A program made the position numbers and the translations under genes. Below are positions 25,858-36,035 of a stretch of 48,784 nucleotides of DNA, piece by piece (the first letter of the stretch is position 1; every line of letters starts with the position of its first letter). A model generated the notes under the pieces. That model did not search any database and was not told the DNA's origin. It was given only the letters and a program-made list of their open reading frames with translations. The stretch comes from Octopus bimaculoides (Eukaryota). The DNA lies in the NCBI RefSeq assembly GCF_001194135.2, contig NC_068989.1, positions 89,104,787-89,153,570 of the forward strand, given 5' to 3'.

Positions 25858-26470
25858 ATCGTCAGAATCGCCGGGCTGGCTCCCGAGGCCCGTAACAAAC
25901 GGTACTAGTTGTTCACAAATTGCAATAACAAAATTTGTATAAAACAATATTGTTTTACTTTGTTCCAGTAGTCTGCAGATAGATAAGTTTCAATGAATCA
26001 TTCACTGGTGAAACATCGAAGTTAGTGTCAACAAATTTCAAATTATTTTGCATGTGACTCAAGTCTTTTTCGTCGTTATATTTAATAAGGTAATATACAA
26101 GTGTGGCCCCCTCCGAATTTGTTTCGTTATAATTTTTTTTAGAAAAATGGAGACTTTTTTTTGGTAATTTTTCAGATTAATACCCGCACGATCTTCACTA
26201 GGGTGTTAGGGTTTTAGGGTTTTTACCAAGAAACATTGGTAGGTGCGCACACAAAATGAAACTTGAAATTTTTAAAAAATTATGTGATGTGTGGTCAGTA
26301 TATATGTGTACGCACCTAAGATTTATATATGTATATCTTTTTTTATTTTTTCACATTAAATTTCGATATAGTTGGGATGTACTCCATCTAAAAGTTATTT
26401 GTAAAATATCCAATTTTCTGAAAGTTATTTGGAAACAAACTCGGGAGGCGGGGGTCACAATTGTGTAGGC
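25858..26470. mobile_element. Probable non-autonomous DNA-transposon sequence after the gap
   Basis: Microsatellite-free AT-rich sequence with gtgttagggttttagggttttt (26202-26222) and composition similar to 195-660. Confidence 0.3.
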
Positions 26471-26889
26471 ATGCCTTTCATAAATACTTGAATATCAACT
26501 CTTTGTGGTTACTGTTTCTTCTCTGATTTCCGATTGAATTTCATTTAACGGACGTCGTTAACACAACAGATAAGTTTATTTAGCTATTTCTGTTTTTCTA
26601 CTTCTGCCTCTCTTTTCTGTCTATCTATAGATTGCGATAAGACTTGTGAATATACTTTTTTGTACGAGGCAAATTTGAATCCTTTATGCGGAAAATGTTG
26701 AATCTTTTGAAAGTCCGGAAAATTTTTATTTTATATTTTTAAGAAATTAACTGAATCGATGGATTTGTGGTGTTTTAATTTTCACTTGAACATTAGTGGT
26801 ACAAGTGTGAAATTATTCAAATGAGCGAGAGTCGAAACCGGTTCGCGGACTCGACTGTTTGTCAAGGTTTGATTCTGGGAACTAATTTC

Positions 26890-26990
26890 TTGATAACCAA
26901 TTGGCAGGTACCCCTCAATATGCTGGAGGTCTATGGGAAAACTCGTTTAAATAAAAGGGGTTCTTGGTAGTGAAATGGTTAGGAACCATA
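26890..26990. mobile_element. hAT-like non-autonomous element end
   Basis: Ends in ggttaggaacca, the reverse complement of a (CAG)TGGTTCC(C/T)AACC-type hAT terminal repeat; partner end not located. Confidence 0.35.
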
Positions 26991-27034
26991 AAATTTACAG
27001 TATTTGATAACGAAACGCACATTTTTTTAAAGTC

Positions 27035-27380
27035 GCAGACATGGTTATATGGTTAGAGGTTTTCTTCCCGACCACAAGGTCCCGGGTTCAGTCCCACTGC
27101 ATAATACCTTGACCAAGTGTCTTCTATAACCTCGGACTGGCCCTGTGAGCAGAGTATATATATATATGTGTATGTGTTTTATTTGTCCCCTATCCCCACT
27201 TGACAACCAGTGTTGGTGTGTTTACGTCCTTGTAACTAAGCTGTTCGACACATTGATCGATGGAATAAGTACCAGGCTTTAAAAGGAAAAATCGATTCGT
27301 TCGACTAAAAATTCTTTAAGGCAGTGGCCTTAGAACGGCCGCAGTTTATTGACTGAAGTGAGAAATAAAAGATATAAAAA
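27035..27380 (+). mobile_element. tRNA-headed SINE family B (accttgggcaagtg central motif, internal microsatellite)
   Basis: gcagacatggttatatggttag..gggttcagtcccactgc..accttgaccaagtgtcttc..tgacaaccag..gtttacgtcc..gaataagtaccagg..ggccgcag..gactga..aataaaaga. Confidence 0.85.
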
Positions 27381-27384
27381 AAAG

Positions 27385-28005
27385 TCACAAGGCCGGAATT
27401 TTTCCGAAGTGGGGAGGGAGGAAAGCTAAAAGGCTAAGTTGACCTCGGCGGAAATTGAAGTCAGTATATAAAGAATCGGAACAACACCGTAAGACGTGAC
27501 GCTTGGCTATTCTGCCTTATTGGAAAGAAAGAATTTTCTATTGTAGGCACACGATGATAAATTTGGAGGAAAGGGTTAATCGATTATCTAGCGGCTTGAG
27601 TACGTAACTAGTCTTTCTTGGTCTTTCTTTTTTTTATTCTGGCAACCTCGGAGGTATGAAAGGTGAAATTGACTTCAGCGAGATTTGAACTCAATGTGAA
27701 CAGCTGGAACAAAATAAGACCATGGAATAATTTAACCAACTTTCTAATTATTCTTGCCAATCAGCTTTTCTGGGAAGGAATAATGGTTTCAAGCTTTGGC
27801 GCAAAGTCAGCAGTTTTGGGGGAGGCGGTAAACCAATTGTACATCGGACCCCCTCCCCCACCGTGCCCAGCTGGTCCTTATTTCATCGATCTCGAAAGGA
27901 TGAAAGGCAAAGTCGACCGCGGCGAGATTTCAACTCGGAATGTGAAGGCGGACGAAATGCCGTTAAGCTTTTCGTCCGGCATGCTGACGATTCTGCCAGC
28001 TCGTC
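27385..28005 (-). mobile_element. Three tandem SINE family A copies (27385-27500, 27540-27720, near-full 27795-28005)
   Basis: Reverse complement of the 3596 copy: gaaaggatgaaaggcaaagtcgaccgcggcgagatttcaactcgg..gctgacgattctgccagctcg. Confidence 0.85.
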
Positions 28006-28135
28006 TTTTTCTGTGAAGAAATAATGAAATGAAGTAATACAAAGTTACAATATTTTTTGGGATTGGGGGTTTTATGTTCTACACTATAGTAAAACCACTG
28101 ATATATATTATGCGCGCGTGTGTTTCTAGCATATA

Positions 28136-28371
28136 CAGGGTGTTCAAAAAGTCTCTCCGCAGTGAATTTTTGTCATCCTGCGCATCACCATGGCGCTACT
28201 TCAAGAGTTTTTCGGTGAACGGATTATTTCGAAAGGACTTTGGCCACCAAGATCACCTGATTTAACACCGCCAAACTTTTTTTTCTCTGGGGAGCAAGTA
28301 AAGGATCAGTGTACAAGAATCGCCCGAAAACCATTAAACACTTACTGCGGAGAGACTTTTTGAACACCCTG
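28136..28371 (+). mobile_element. Tc1/mariner-derived MITE, 236 bp, perfect 28-bp TIRs, TA target-site duplication
   Basis: TA|cagggtgttcaaaaagtctctccgcagt (28136-28163) and its exact reverse complement 28344-28371|TA. Interior encodes MALLQEFFGERIISKGLWPPRSPDLTPPNFF(fs)LWGASKGSVYKNRPKTI, a Tc1-type WPPRSPDL motif. Confidence 0.92.
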
Positions 28372-28373
28372 TA

Positions 28374-28610
28374 GAACTGGTTGACCTTTTTTTGAAGAAT
28401 AAAGCGACTGGAACGGCTGTCACGGCACCACCTTTTTTTTTTTTTAGTTTTTGTTGTTGGATTGGACAGTGGTATATTATAATCAAGTTGGATCGATGTA
28501 ATAGTATCGATTCCCCTGTAAGATAAAGGACAATATTGATTCGTTGGAGAATAAACAGCAACAGTAAAAATCAATTCCTTTGGGTTTAGAAGACAAACTC
28601 CCGCCATCTG
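28374..28610 (-). pseudogene. Possible N-terminal HTH remnant of a Tc1-like transposase
   Basis: Minus-strand KELIFTVAVYSPTNQY and SRFILQKKVNQFY loosely resemble Tc1-like N-termini (EERVFLVE.Y; LVNKF). Weak similarity. Confidence 0.3.
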
Positions 28611-28911
28611 GTTTTTATATCGGAAATACGGCCATTTTTGTATGGTTCCTCTCTCATTTCAAAAGAGCTATTTGTAATGTTTGAGGCAAACCATGGTTAT
28701 AAATCTGATCAAAAGCGTTCCCGCCATAACCATCTCACCCCCACTTTTTTTTAGGTATAGTGTATCTAGGACTATATTCTCTAATGTGCTCTCCCAAAAT
28801 GTGATGTGAAGGAAATTTGCTGTCGTCTAGGTTGTTTGGTTCCAGGTTGAGTAGGCCTGTCTATAATTAAGTGTTCCACCAATGAGCATCTTGTCTTTCT
28901 GTGAATATATA

Positions 28912-29248
28912 GCAGGCATGGCTGTATGGGTAAGAAGCTCGTTTTGCAACCATGTGGTTTTGGGTTCAGTCCCATTGCACAGCACATTGGACAAGTGTAT
29001 TCTATTATACCACCGGGTCGACCAACGCTTTAAGAGTGAATTTAGTAGATGGAAACTGTGTGAAAGCCTGTCGTGTGTGTGTATGTTCGTTTGTTTTTCT
29101 ACCTCATTACTTGACTGTTGTTGGTTCCTTTACGTTCTCATCGGTTCGGCAAAAGAGAGTAGCAGGGTTGATTTGTTCGACTAAATCCTTGAAGGTAAAT
29201 GTCCCAGCATGGCCGCAGTCCAGTGACTGAAACTAATAAAAGATAAAG
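28912..29248 (+). mobile_element. SINE family B, full-length
   Basis: gcaggcatggctgtatgggtaagaagc..gggttcagtcccattgc..gtagatggaaactg..ggttcggcaaaagag..cccagcatggccgcagtccagtgactgaaac. Confidence 0.9.
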
Positions 29249-29749
29249 AGACAAAGATTACATTGTTCAGTGTGTCCTTCCTTCCTTGTTTTTATAGTCA
29301 GTAGTGCACGATCTGACGTTGGGTTGCTCTTTCGAGTGTCTCGTACGACCGCAAAGAAGCTCCTTGGTTATCTATCATCATCATCATCATCATCATCATC
29401 GGCGATAGTAGTAGTAGTAGTAGTAGTAGGTGACGTGAAGTTCAATTACTGCATCGATATTTTGTGACGTTACTTCTTGAAATGATGGACGTCAGAGTGG
29501 TTTCCGACGGGATTCAACTTTTTTTTAGTAGAATTAATCCCCCCCCTCTCAAAAAAAAAAAAAAATCAAAAAGGAACACCTTATCCAACTCCCTACCGTT
29601 TTTGCCACCGCTACCACAGCATCAAAACCACCAACACCATCATCATCATCATCATCGCTACCACCGTCATCGTACGTTACCTAAAAACATGAGGAAACAT
29701 GGTCATAAATAAAAGAAAAAAAATTCTCTCTCCTGTGTATCTGTATTTG

Positions 29750-30188
29750 TCTTTTACTTTCCACTTGTTCCAGTCATTGGATTGCGGCCATGCTGGGGCA
29801 CCGCCTTGAAAGATTTCCAGTTGAAACAAATCGACTCCAATACTTAGGTTGATTAGTTTTTCTCTTTATTTTTTAAAGTCTGGTAACTTGTTCTATGAGT
29901 GTCTTATGCTGAACCGCTAAGTCAGGGTGACGTAAACTACTCAATTACATCGACCCCAGTGTTCAACTGGTACTTATTTCAGCGCTCCCGGAATCATGAA
30001 AGTCAACCTCGGCGGGATTTAAACCCACGGCTTAAAGACGGACGAAATGCTGCTAAGCTTTGTCGTCCGGCGTGCTAACCATTTTGCCAGCTCGCTTCAT
30101 ATATATCTGGGGTTGATGTAATCGACTTAGTTCCTTTGTCTGTCCTTGTTTGTCCCCTCTATGTTTAGCCCCTTGTGGGCAATAAAGA
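29750..30188. mobile_element. SINE B 3' half (-, 29750-29937), SINE A (-, 29941-30095) and an A-variant tail (+, 30106-30188)
   Basis: tgcggccatgctggggcaccgcc; aaagtcaacctcggcgggattt..cgtgctaaccattttgccagctcg; gatgtaatcgacttagttcctttgtctgtccttgtttgtcccc. Confidence 0.8.
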
Positions 30189-30976
30189 ATTATATATATG
30201 TGTGTACGCACAGACACGTAATACATACCTCGGGCTCACACACAAGTTTATAGTTATGTAAAGAAGGAAAAAAAAAAAACCCCAACACGCATACACTTTT
30301 ACAGCTTCCTCATTTTATTTGGTATTCTCCTCCACTGCTGTTCACCGTGTCCCCTCATACTCCCTAACATGGTCAATCATTACTCACCTGCTATGACTGT
30401 CTCGTGTTTTTTTGTTAATGCCAGGTGTAATGCCTTTCGCGCGCTGCGTCAAATCACAGCGCTCCTCTCTCCACAGTTGGTAGTTCGCTTTATCGCTTTA
30501 TCGCCGTTCTCTCTTTCTCTTTCTTTCTGGCCGTCTATCTACCTCACACCCTCTCTTTCTCTCTATTTTGTGTTCAGCTATCTTGGCAATCTATCTTTCT
30601 GTCTGTCTTCTCTTGCCTATCAGTTTTATCAATGTATCTATCAAGCGCCTACAAACACAAACCACTCGTGTATATATGTTAGCATAGCTTCTCCCCCCCC
30701 CCTAACATTTTTAGACTTGAAACAGATTTTCAAATCTCCACTCCGCTCCTCTCCGCCGCCGTACCTGAGTTTATCAATCTGTGTGAGCTTCAAGTACCTC
30801 ATACCTGAGATAGCGCTTCAAGCTCATACGATCACCTCTCTCTCATACCTCACCAAGCTGCCTCCCCACGCTTTTTTCTCGCGCGCACATACAACATCTA
30901 CAGACGCTTTTGAGCTAATGAGAAAGTCTGCATGTTATTTCGATGTGCTAGAAATAGCAGCTAAATCTCAAATTAC

Positions 30977-31275
30977 ATGGTTCAGTTCCACTGCGCAGCG
31001 GCACCTTGGGTAAGAGCCTTCTGTAATCCCGGATCGACCAATGCCTTGTCAGTAAATTTGGTAGACGGAAACTATGTGGAAGCTAGTTGTGTATATGTGC
31101 GTTTGTTTGTTTGTCCCCTCCTGCTTGACAAACAGCTGTTTTGTTTTCGCCCCCCCCCTCTCACTTAACGGTTCTGCAAAAGTGATTCATAGAATAAGTA
31201 CCAGATTGCAAAAAAAAGTGGGGGGTCGATTTGTTCGACCAACCCTTCAAGGTAGTGCCCCAACATGGCCGCAGA
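30977..31275 (+). mobile_element. SINE family B, 5'-truncated
   Basis: ggttcagttccactgcgcagcggcaccttggg..ggtagacggaaact..gaataagtaccag..ggggtcgatttgttcgac..ccaacatggccgcag. Confidence 0.85.
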
Positions 31276-31348
31276 TGTAGTCTGGGGGTGCTCTGTCTGA
31301 AAAATAGATGGAATGGTCACGGCTAGTGCTCGATCAGAGCTGACTTAG

Positions 31349-31384
<36 letters not shown>

Positions 31385-31746
31385 CCTATCTTTCTATCTA
31401 TCTATCTACCTATCTTTCTATCTATCTGTCTGTCTATCTGTTTTTATACTTCGCTTTATATGCCTCTATTCACAGCCGTGTAGTATGTCATGTGTTCGTC
31501 TGTGTTATTTCCAGCTGGCAATGAAAGCGCCCCTCACCTCCCGCCTCGCTCGGCATCGGAATCGAGACGGGAGTATTTTTAGCTTTTGGGCGCGCCTTTT
31601 TACTTCGAGTAATTTATATGAATGACTTTCAAGTAATGTAAGTGGCGGCGACGTTGATGGTGGTGACGGCGGTGGTTTAGCTTGAAATATATATAATGTA
31701 CATACACAATATATACACACAGATATATACATATATGCACACGCAT

Positions 31747-31787
<41 letters not shown>

Positions 31788-32400
31788 ATGTACACACACT
31801 CATACATAACACACACACAATAATATATAAAGTAAATGTAAAGATAAGCAAGTTAGACGGGTCAATATACAAAGTATGTACGCATATATACACACAGACA
31901 TTTATATATATAATACACATGTATGTATATATATAGTTCGTCTTTTGATTTGCTTTTAGTGCCGTGTTTTTATATGTATATATATTTAAAATTCAGGTAC
32001 GCGAACTATCATCATATTTTACAGGTATTATAAGCCGTTACTTGCCAACGTGCTTAGACTCATAATCCACCTGGTTCGCTACCGCCTCTCCATTAGTGTA
32101 CGTTTAAGGTGCAGTACTGTAGGTTGGTTGGCTGGCTGGTTGGGGAAGTTTCCAAGGGAACTAGCGAATGCGCGAAACCAGTTATCTGCGATTAAATGGT
32201 CCTGTTTGTGTAAGACATGAGTTCCTTAGTCGTATCATCCGTCTCCCCGTTGCTTTTAAGACAATTAGTGCCTATGAGTCGTTACTGAAATCGCTTTCAT
32301 GATCAAAAGGTGACTCTGCTCGTGCGATTTTTTTACATACATACATGCATGCATACATATTACTTGATCCAAACAGGAAAATAGAACTAAAAACATTCTA

Positions 32401-32780
32401 CAGTTCTATATTTAAAAGATGAGGAATTATTTACATTATTTACATTCGACGGATATTTGTCCTCATCTTGTTTGTTGTTAACACAACGTTTCGGCTGATA
32501 TACCCTCCAAGTACTTAACCACTAGCCATATGCCCGTGGGCATATAGCATATTGGTTAAGAGCGCGGGCTACTAACCCCAAGATTCCGAGTTCGATTCCA
32601 AGCTGTGACCTGAACACTAATAATAATAATAACAACATCGAAAAATACCTTAGGAATGAGAATCCAGGTTCGAAATTTCTCCAAGACACCTGATGAAGCC
32701 TGGAGGGTATATCAGCCGAAATGTTGTGTTAACAACAAACAAGATGAGGACAAATATCCATCAAATGCAAATAATGTAAA
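32401..32780 (+). mobile_element. tRNA-derived SINE with a Penelope-like hammerhead tail (32538-32780), preceded by an inverted partial copy (32401-32535)
   Basis: Head has A box tagcatattgg (32545), ctactaa loop and aagattccgagttcgattcc (tRNA-Arg-like T arm). Tail has gacac-CTGATGA-..cagcc-GAAA-tgttgtgtt. 32430-32509 is a 76/80 reverse complement of 32701-32780. Confidence 0.8.
32685..32730 (+). ncRNA. Minimal type I hammerhead ribozyme motif (degenerate)
   Basis: Stem I gacac/gtgtt; CUGAUGA core at 32690-32696; stem II agcctgg..tcagcc (one mismatch); GAAA at 32718-32721; stem III reduced to A(C>T)GUU. The inverted copy retains gaaacgttgtgt. Confidence 0.55.
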
Positions 32781-32786
32781 AACATT

Positions 32787-33132
32787 CTTTTATTTAACTT
32801 ATTTCAGTCATTTGACTACGGCCATGCTGGAGCACCGCTTTTAGACGAACAAATCGACCCCAGGACTTATTCTTTGTAAGCCTAGTAGTTATTCTATCGC
32901 CCTTTTGCCGAACCGCTAAGTTACCGGGACGTAAACACACTAGCATCGGTTGTCAAGCGATGTTGGTGGGAGGGACAAACACAGGCACACAAACATATGC
33001 ACGTCTACCAAATCCACTCGCAAGGTTTTGGTCGACCCAAGGCTATAGTGGAAGACACTTGCCTAGGGTGCCACGCAGTATGACTGGACCCGGAACTATG
33101 TGGTTGGTAAGCAGGCTATTTACCACAGCCAC
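32787..33132 (-). mobile_element. SINE family B, full-length
   Basis: Reverse complement of the 28912 copy: cagtcatttgactacggccatgctggagcaccgc..gccgaaccgctaagttaccgggacgtaaacac..ctaccaaatccactcgcaagg. Confidence 0.9.
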
Positions 33133-33329
33133 AAATCCGAGGTTTAGATCCTCACCTGTACTTTGATCTATCTATCTATCTTATCTATCTATCATTATTA
33201 TTATTATTAATCGGCAGACGTTATAAAGTGATTCGAGGGCCGAGAGTTTCGTGCATTTATAAGTGCCTTCGAACGAAACATTCTGGCCTTCAGTGAATCT
33301 GTAACGTCTGTCTGATAATAAATCTATTT

Positions 33330-33460
33330 TAAGCACAGGACCTGAAATGTGTGGCAGGGGACTAGTCGATTACATTGACTCGACTAGTACTTTTTTTTAT
33401 CGACCCCGAAACAATAGAAGTCAAAGTCGATCTCGGCGGGGTTTGGACTCAACTAGAAGA
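33330..33460 (-). mobile_element. SINE family A, partial
   Basis: gcacaggacctgaaat..actagtcgattacattgac..ttatcgaccccgaaa..caaagtcgatctcggcgg. Confidence 0.75.
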
Positions 33461-33916
33461 AATGGTGGGTGGTACTGCGATACCTGTTGGAGCAAAGCTT
33501 ATTCTTATCATACTGAGGACCTGAAAATGCCATAGAAAATGTACTCCTCTCCGTTTAAGACGCCCCCAAAAAAGGCCTGAAGTTTTAAAACCAAGCTTTA
33601 AGTCCACATATACACATCTAATTCAAATACAGTTGTGCACGGTATACTGTGTGTGTGTGTGTGTGTGATAAATGGTGTATATTTTTAAGTTAGTGAAGCT
33701 AAAAATAATAACGGACTCACTGGCAGGAACCGAAAACAGCTTGTTTACTGAGCAGACGTTTTTATTCCCTTACGTCACACGGAACGTACAAGTGCTGGAA
33801 CGTACGTGCGGTTTGTGTACGCTTATATATATANNNNNNNNNNNNNNNNNNNNNNNNNNNNNNNNNNNNNNNNNNNNNNNNNNNNNNNNNNNNNNNNNNN
33901 NNNNATATATAGATAT

Positions 33917-34217
33917 CTCTTATCTTTCTTACTTGTCTCAGCACCGCCTTGAGGAATTTTCAGTGGAATGAGTCGACGCCAGTACTTAATATTTTTTTAA
34001 GTTGTCTTGCCGAGCCGCTAAGTTACGGGGACATTAAACACACCACTCACAGTTGTCAAGCGGTTGTGACAGACACACAGGCTTCTTTCAGTTACCGTCT
34101 ACCAAATCCACTCACAAGATTTTTGTCGGCTCGAAGCTATAGTAGAAGACAGCCAAGATGCCACGTAGTGGGACTGAACCTGGAACCATGTGGCTCCTAC
34201 CACGTAACCACGCCTGC
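33917..34217 (-). mobile_element. SINE family B
   Basis: gcaccgccttgagg..gccgagccgctaagttacggggac..ctaccaaatccactcacaag..gtgggactgaacctggaaccatgtgg. Confidence 0.85.
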
Positions 34218-34478
34218 GACAACACACACACTTAGAAGCATATCTCGATATATTATAGGGTCCATTCTATTGACTAAAGAGTAGGCGATTGAATGGATCT
34301 CACTTAATGACTGGAATGGGGTTTTAACTCGTGAAGGATGATAAGCAAAATAAGATCTACGCTGGATTTGAACTCGGGACGTTACTTCAATACTGTAAAA
34401 TATTCACTGTCGTTGTAACCCTTCTTCCCATTATTCGTAAACCTCTTTATAATGCTAATAATTTCCAACACGTAAGTC

Positions 34479-34893
34479 GACGAGCTGGCAGAATCGTTTG
34501 CACCCGGGTAAAATGCTTTGCGGTTTTCGTTCGTGTTGATGTTCTGAGCTCAAATTCGACCGAGGCCAATTTTGCTTTTCATCCTCTCGGGGTCGATAAA
34601 ATAGTACCAGTTGAGCACTAGAGTTGATTTAATCGACGTACCCTCTCTTCAAGAACTGCTGGCCTTGTGTCAAAATTTGAAATAATTTCGAACAGAAGCA
34701 CAAGACGATAATTTGAGGGAAGAGATTAAATTTAATCGATCCCAGTGTTTGATTGATAGTTTGTGTTGTCGATCACAGAAGGCTGAAAGGTAAAGATGCT
34801 TTTAGCGAGATTTGAACTTAAAATATTAAAATCCGGGTCAAATAATGCAAGAAATTGTGATCCGACACCCTACCGTTTCTACTAATCCACTCC
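34479..34893. mobile_element. Tail-to-tail SINE A pair: + 34479-34686, - 34698-34893
   Basis: gacgagctggcagaatcgtttgc..ggggtcgataaaatagtaccagttgagcac..ggccttgtg, then a degenerate reverse copy aatcgatcccagtg..agcgagatttgaactta. Confidence 0.75.
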
Positions 34894-34910
34894 TTTTGGT
34901 TAGTCCACAT

Positions 34911-35128
34911 TAATCTGTAAGGAGCATAGGACCGGTTTCCAGGTTTCTCCGGCGTATATATATTCCTCCCTGGATGGGATGCCGGTCTGTCACACAATTA
35001 CTCATTTTTGCCAGCTGAGTGGACTGGAGCAATGTGAAACGAAGTGTTTTGCTCAAGAACACAACGCATCGTCCGGCCCAGGACTCGAAACCAAGATCTT
35101 ACAATCCACTACGCAATGCGCCACCCCT
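34911..35128 (-). mobile_element. tRNA-headed SINE family C
   Basis: ccctggatgggatgccggtctgtcac..gtgttttgctcaagaacacaacgc..ccaggactcgaaacc; a plus-strand relative lies at 44040-44235. Confidence 0.75.
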
Positions 35129-35139
35129 ATGCTAATAAT

Positions 35140-35610
35140 TCTAATTTTGGTTCAAGGCCAGCAGTTTTAAGGGTTGGGTAAGTGGATTTCATCGATACCA
35201 TTGCTCAACTGGTGTCTGTTTTATCGACCTCGAAAAGATGAAAGCGGAAGTCAATTTGGGCGGCATTTGAACTCGGAACGTAAGAGATTCAAATGAAATT
35301 TGTGATCATAAACTGTGGGGTAAAGAAGTTCGCTTTGCAACCACGTTGTTTCGGGTTGAATCTTACTGTGCGGCACTGACCAATGCCTTGTGACTGAATT
35401 TGGTTGACAGAAACTGCGTGGAGGCTCGGTGTGTGTGTGTGTGTGTGAGACCATGTTTGGCATCCGGTGTCGGTTTGTTTACATGCCTGTAAGACAGCGG
35501 TTCGGCAAAAGAGATCAATAGTGGTACGGAACTTTAAAAAGGCGAGGAAAGGGAAGCTAGAGGGAAAAAAGGGCAAAAAAAATCTACTGGGGTCAATTTT
35601 TTTCGGTTAG
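35140..35610. mobile_element. SINE A (-, 35140-35286) head-to-head with SINE B (+, 35312-35610)
   Basis: ttatcgacctcgaaaagatgaaagcggaagtcaatttgggcggcatttgaactcgg; then gggttgaatcttactgtgcggcac..gcggttcggcaaaagag. Confidence 0.8.
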
Positions 35611-35750
35611 TCCCAAGAAGACCACGCCTCGGCCTTGCTTTTTAATTGTATCACTCCAATGACAAATATAAATGTTAAAGGTGAAATATGTTTAAACTTT
35701 CTCAAGCTCCAGTATGGCCAGTCGTTTCTTGTGTGGAGGAGCCATTAAAC

Positions 35751-36035
35751 TGGCAGACTGTCGGTTACGACGACGAAGTTTCCAGTTGATCTGATCAACG
35801 GGTTGGCCTCCTTGTGCAATCAACGTGCAAGTGACCTAGCATTTCACAGATAACGCGTACCCGTTACGAGTGATTCAGCGTGACAAGACCTTTGAAATAC
35901 AGGTGCCAGATTAGTAGACTAGAGATACGTAAAATAAAGTGTCTTGGTCAAGGACAAAATGTGCCGCTGAGTATCGAAACTCCGAACCTTACGATCGGGA
36001 ACCGAATACCCTAACCGCTTAGCCACACGCCTTCT
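35751..36035 (-). mobile_element. SINE family E fragment plus a tRNA-like head
   Basis: 35751-35905 matches 48443-48625 (tcggttacgacgacga..ccagttgatc.gatcaacgg..cgtgcaagtg..tttgaaatacaggt). 35930-36035 minus strand has tggctaagcgg (A box) and a B-box-like ttcgatact. Confidence 0.75.

Noticed and set aside
24926-25947. ORFs of 256-338 aa in the ORF track (also 46871-47748, 37853-38504, 10893-11295, 13915-14234)
   Set aside because: They are read through N gaps and TA/CA microsatellites; there is no real coding content.
26112-26122. tccgaatttgt, identical to the 3' half of miR-10
   Set aside because: The seed-containing 5' half (taccctgtaga) and a precursor hairpin are absent.
27663-28016. 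117-aa ORF (similarly 3495-3800, 34331-34621, 39702-40055, 40139-40513, 48296-48649)
   Set aside because: Lies over SINE copies; chance open frames.
30369-31013. 214-aa ORF, the longest gap-free one
   Set aside because: Ser/Leu/Phe-rich product of CT-rich low-complexity DNA ending in repeat families D and B; no domain recognised.
32538-32610. tRNA-like sequences (also 35930-36035, 44935-44970, 48740-48784)
   Set aside because: A/B boxes are present but the acceptor stem does not close and each continues into a SINE body; these are SINE heads, not tRNA genes.
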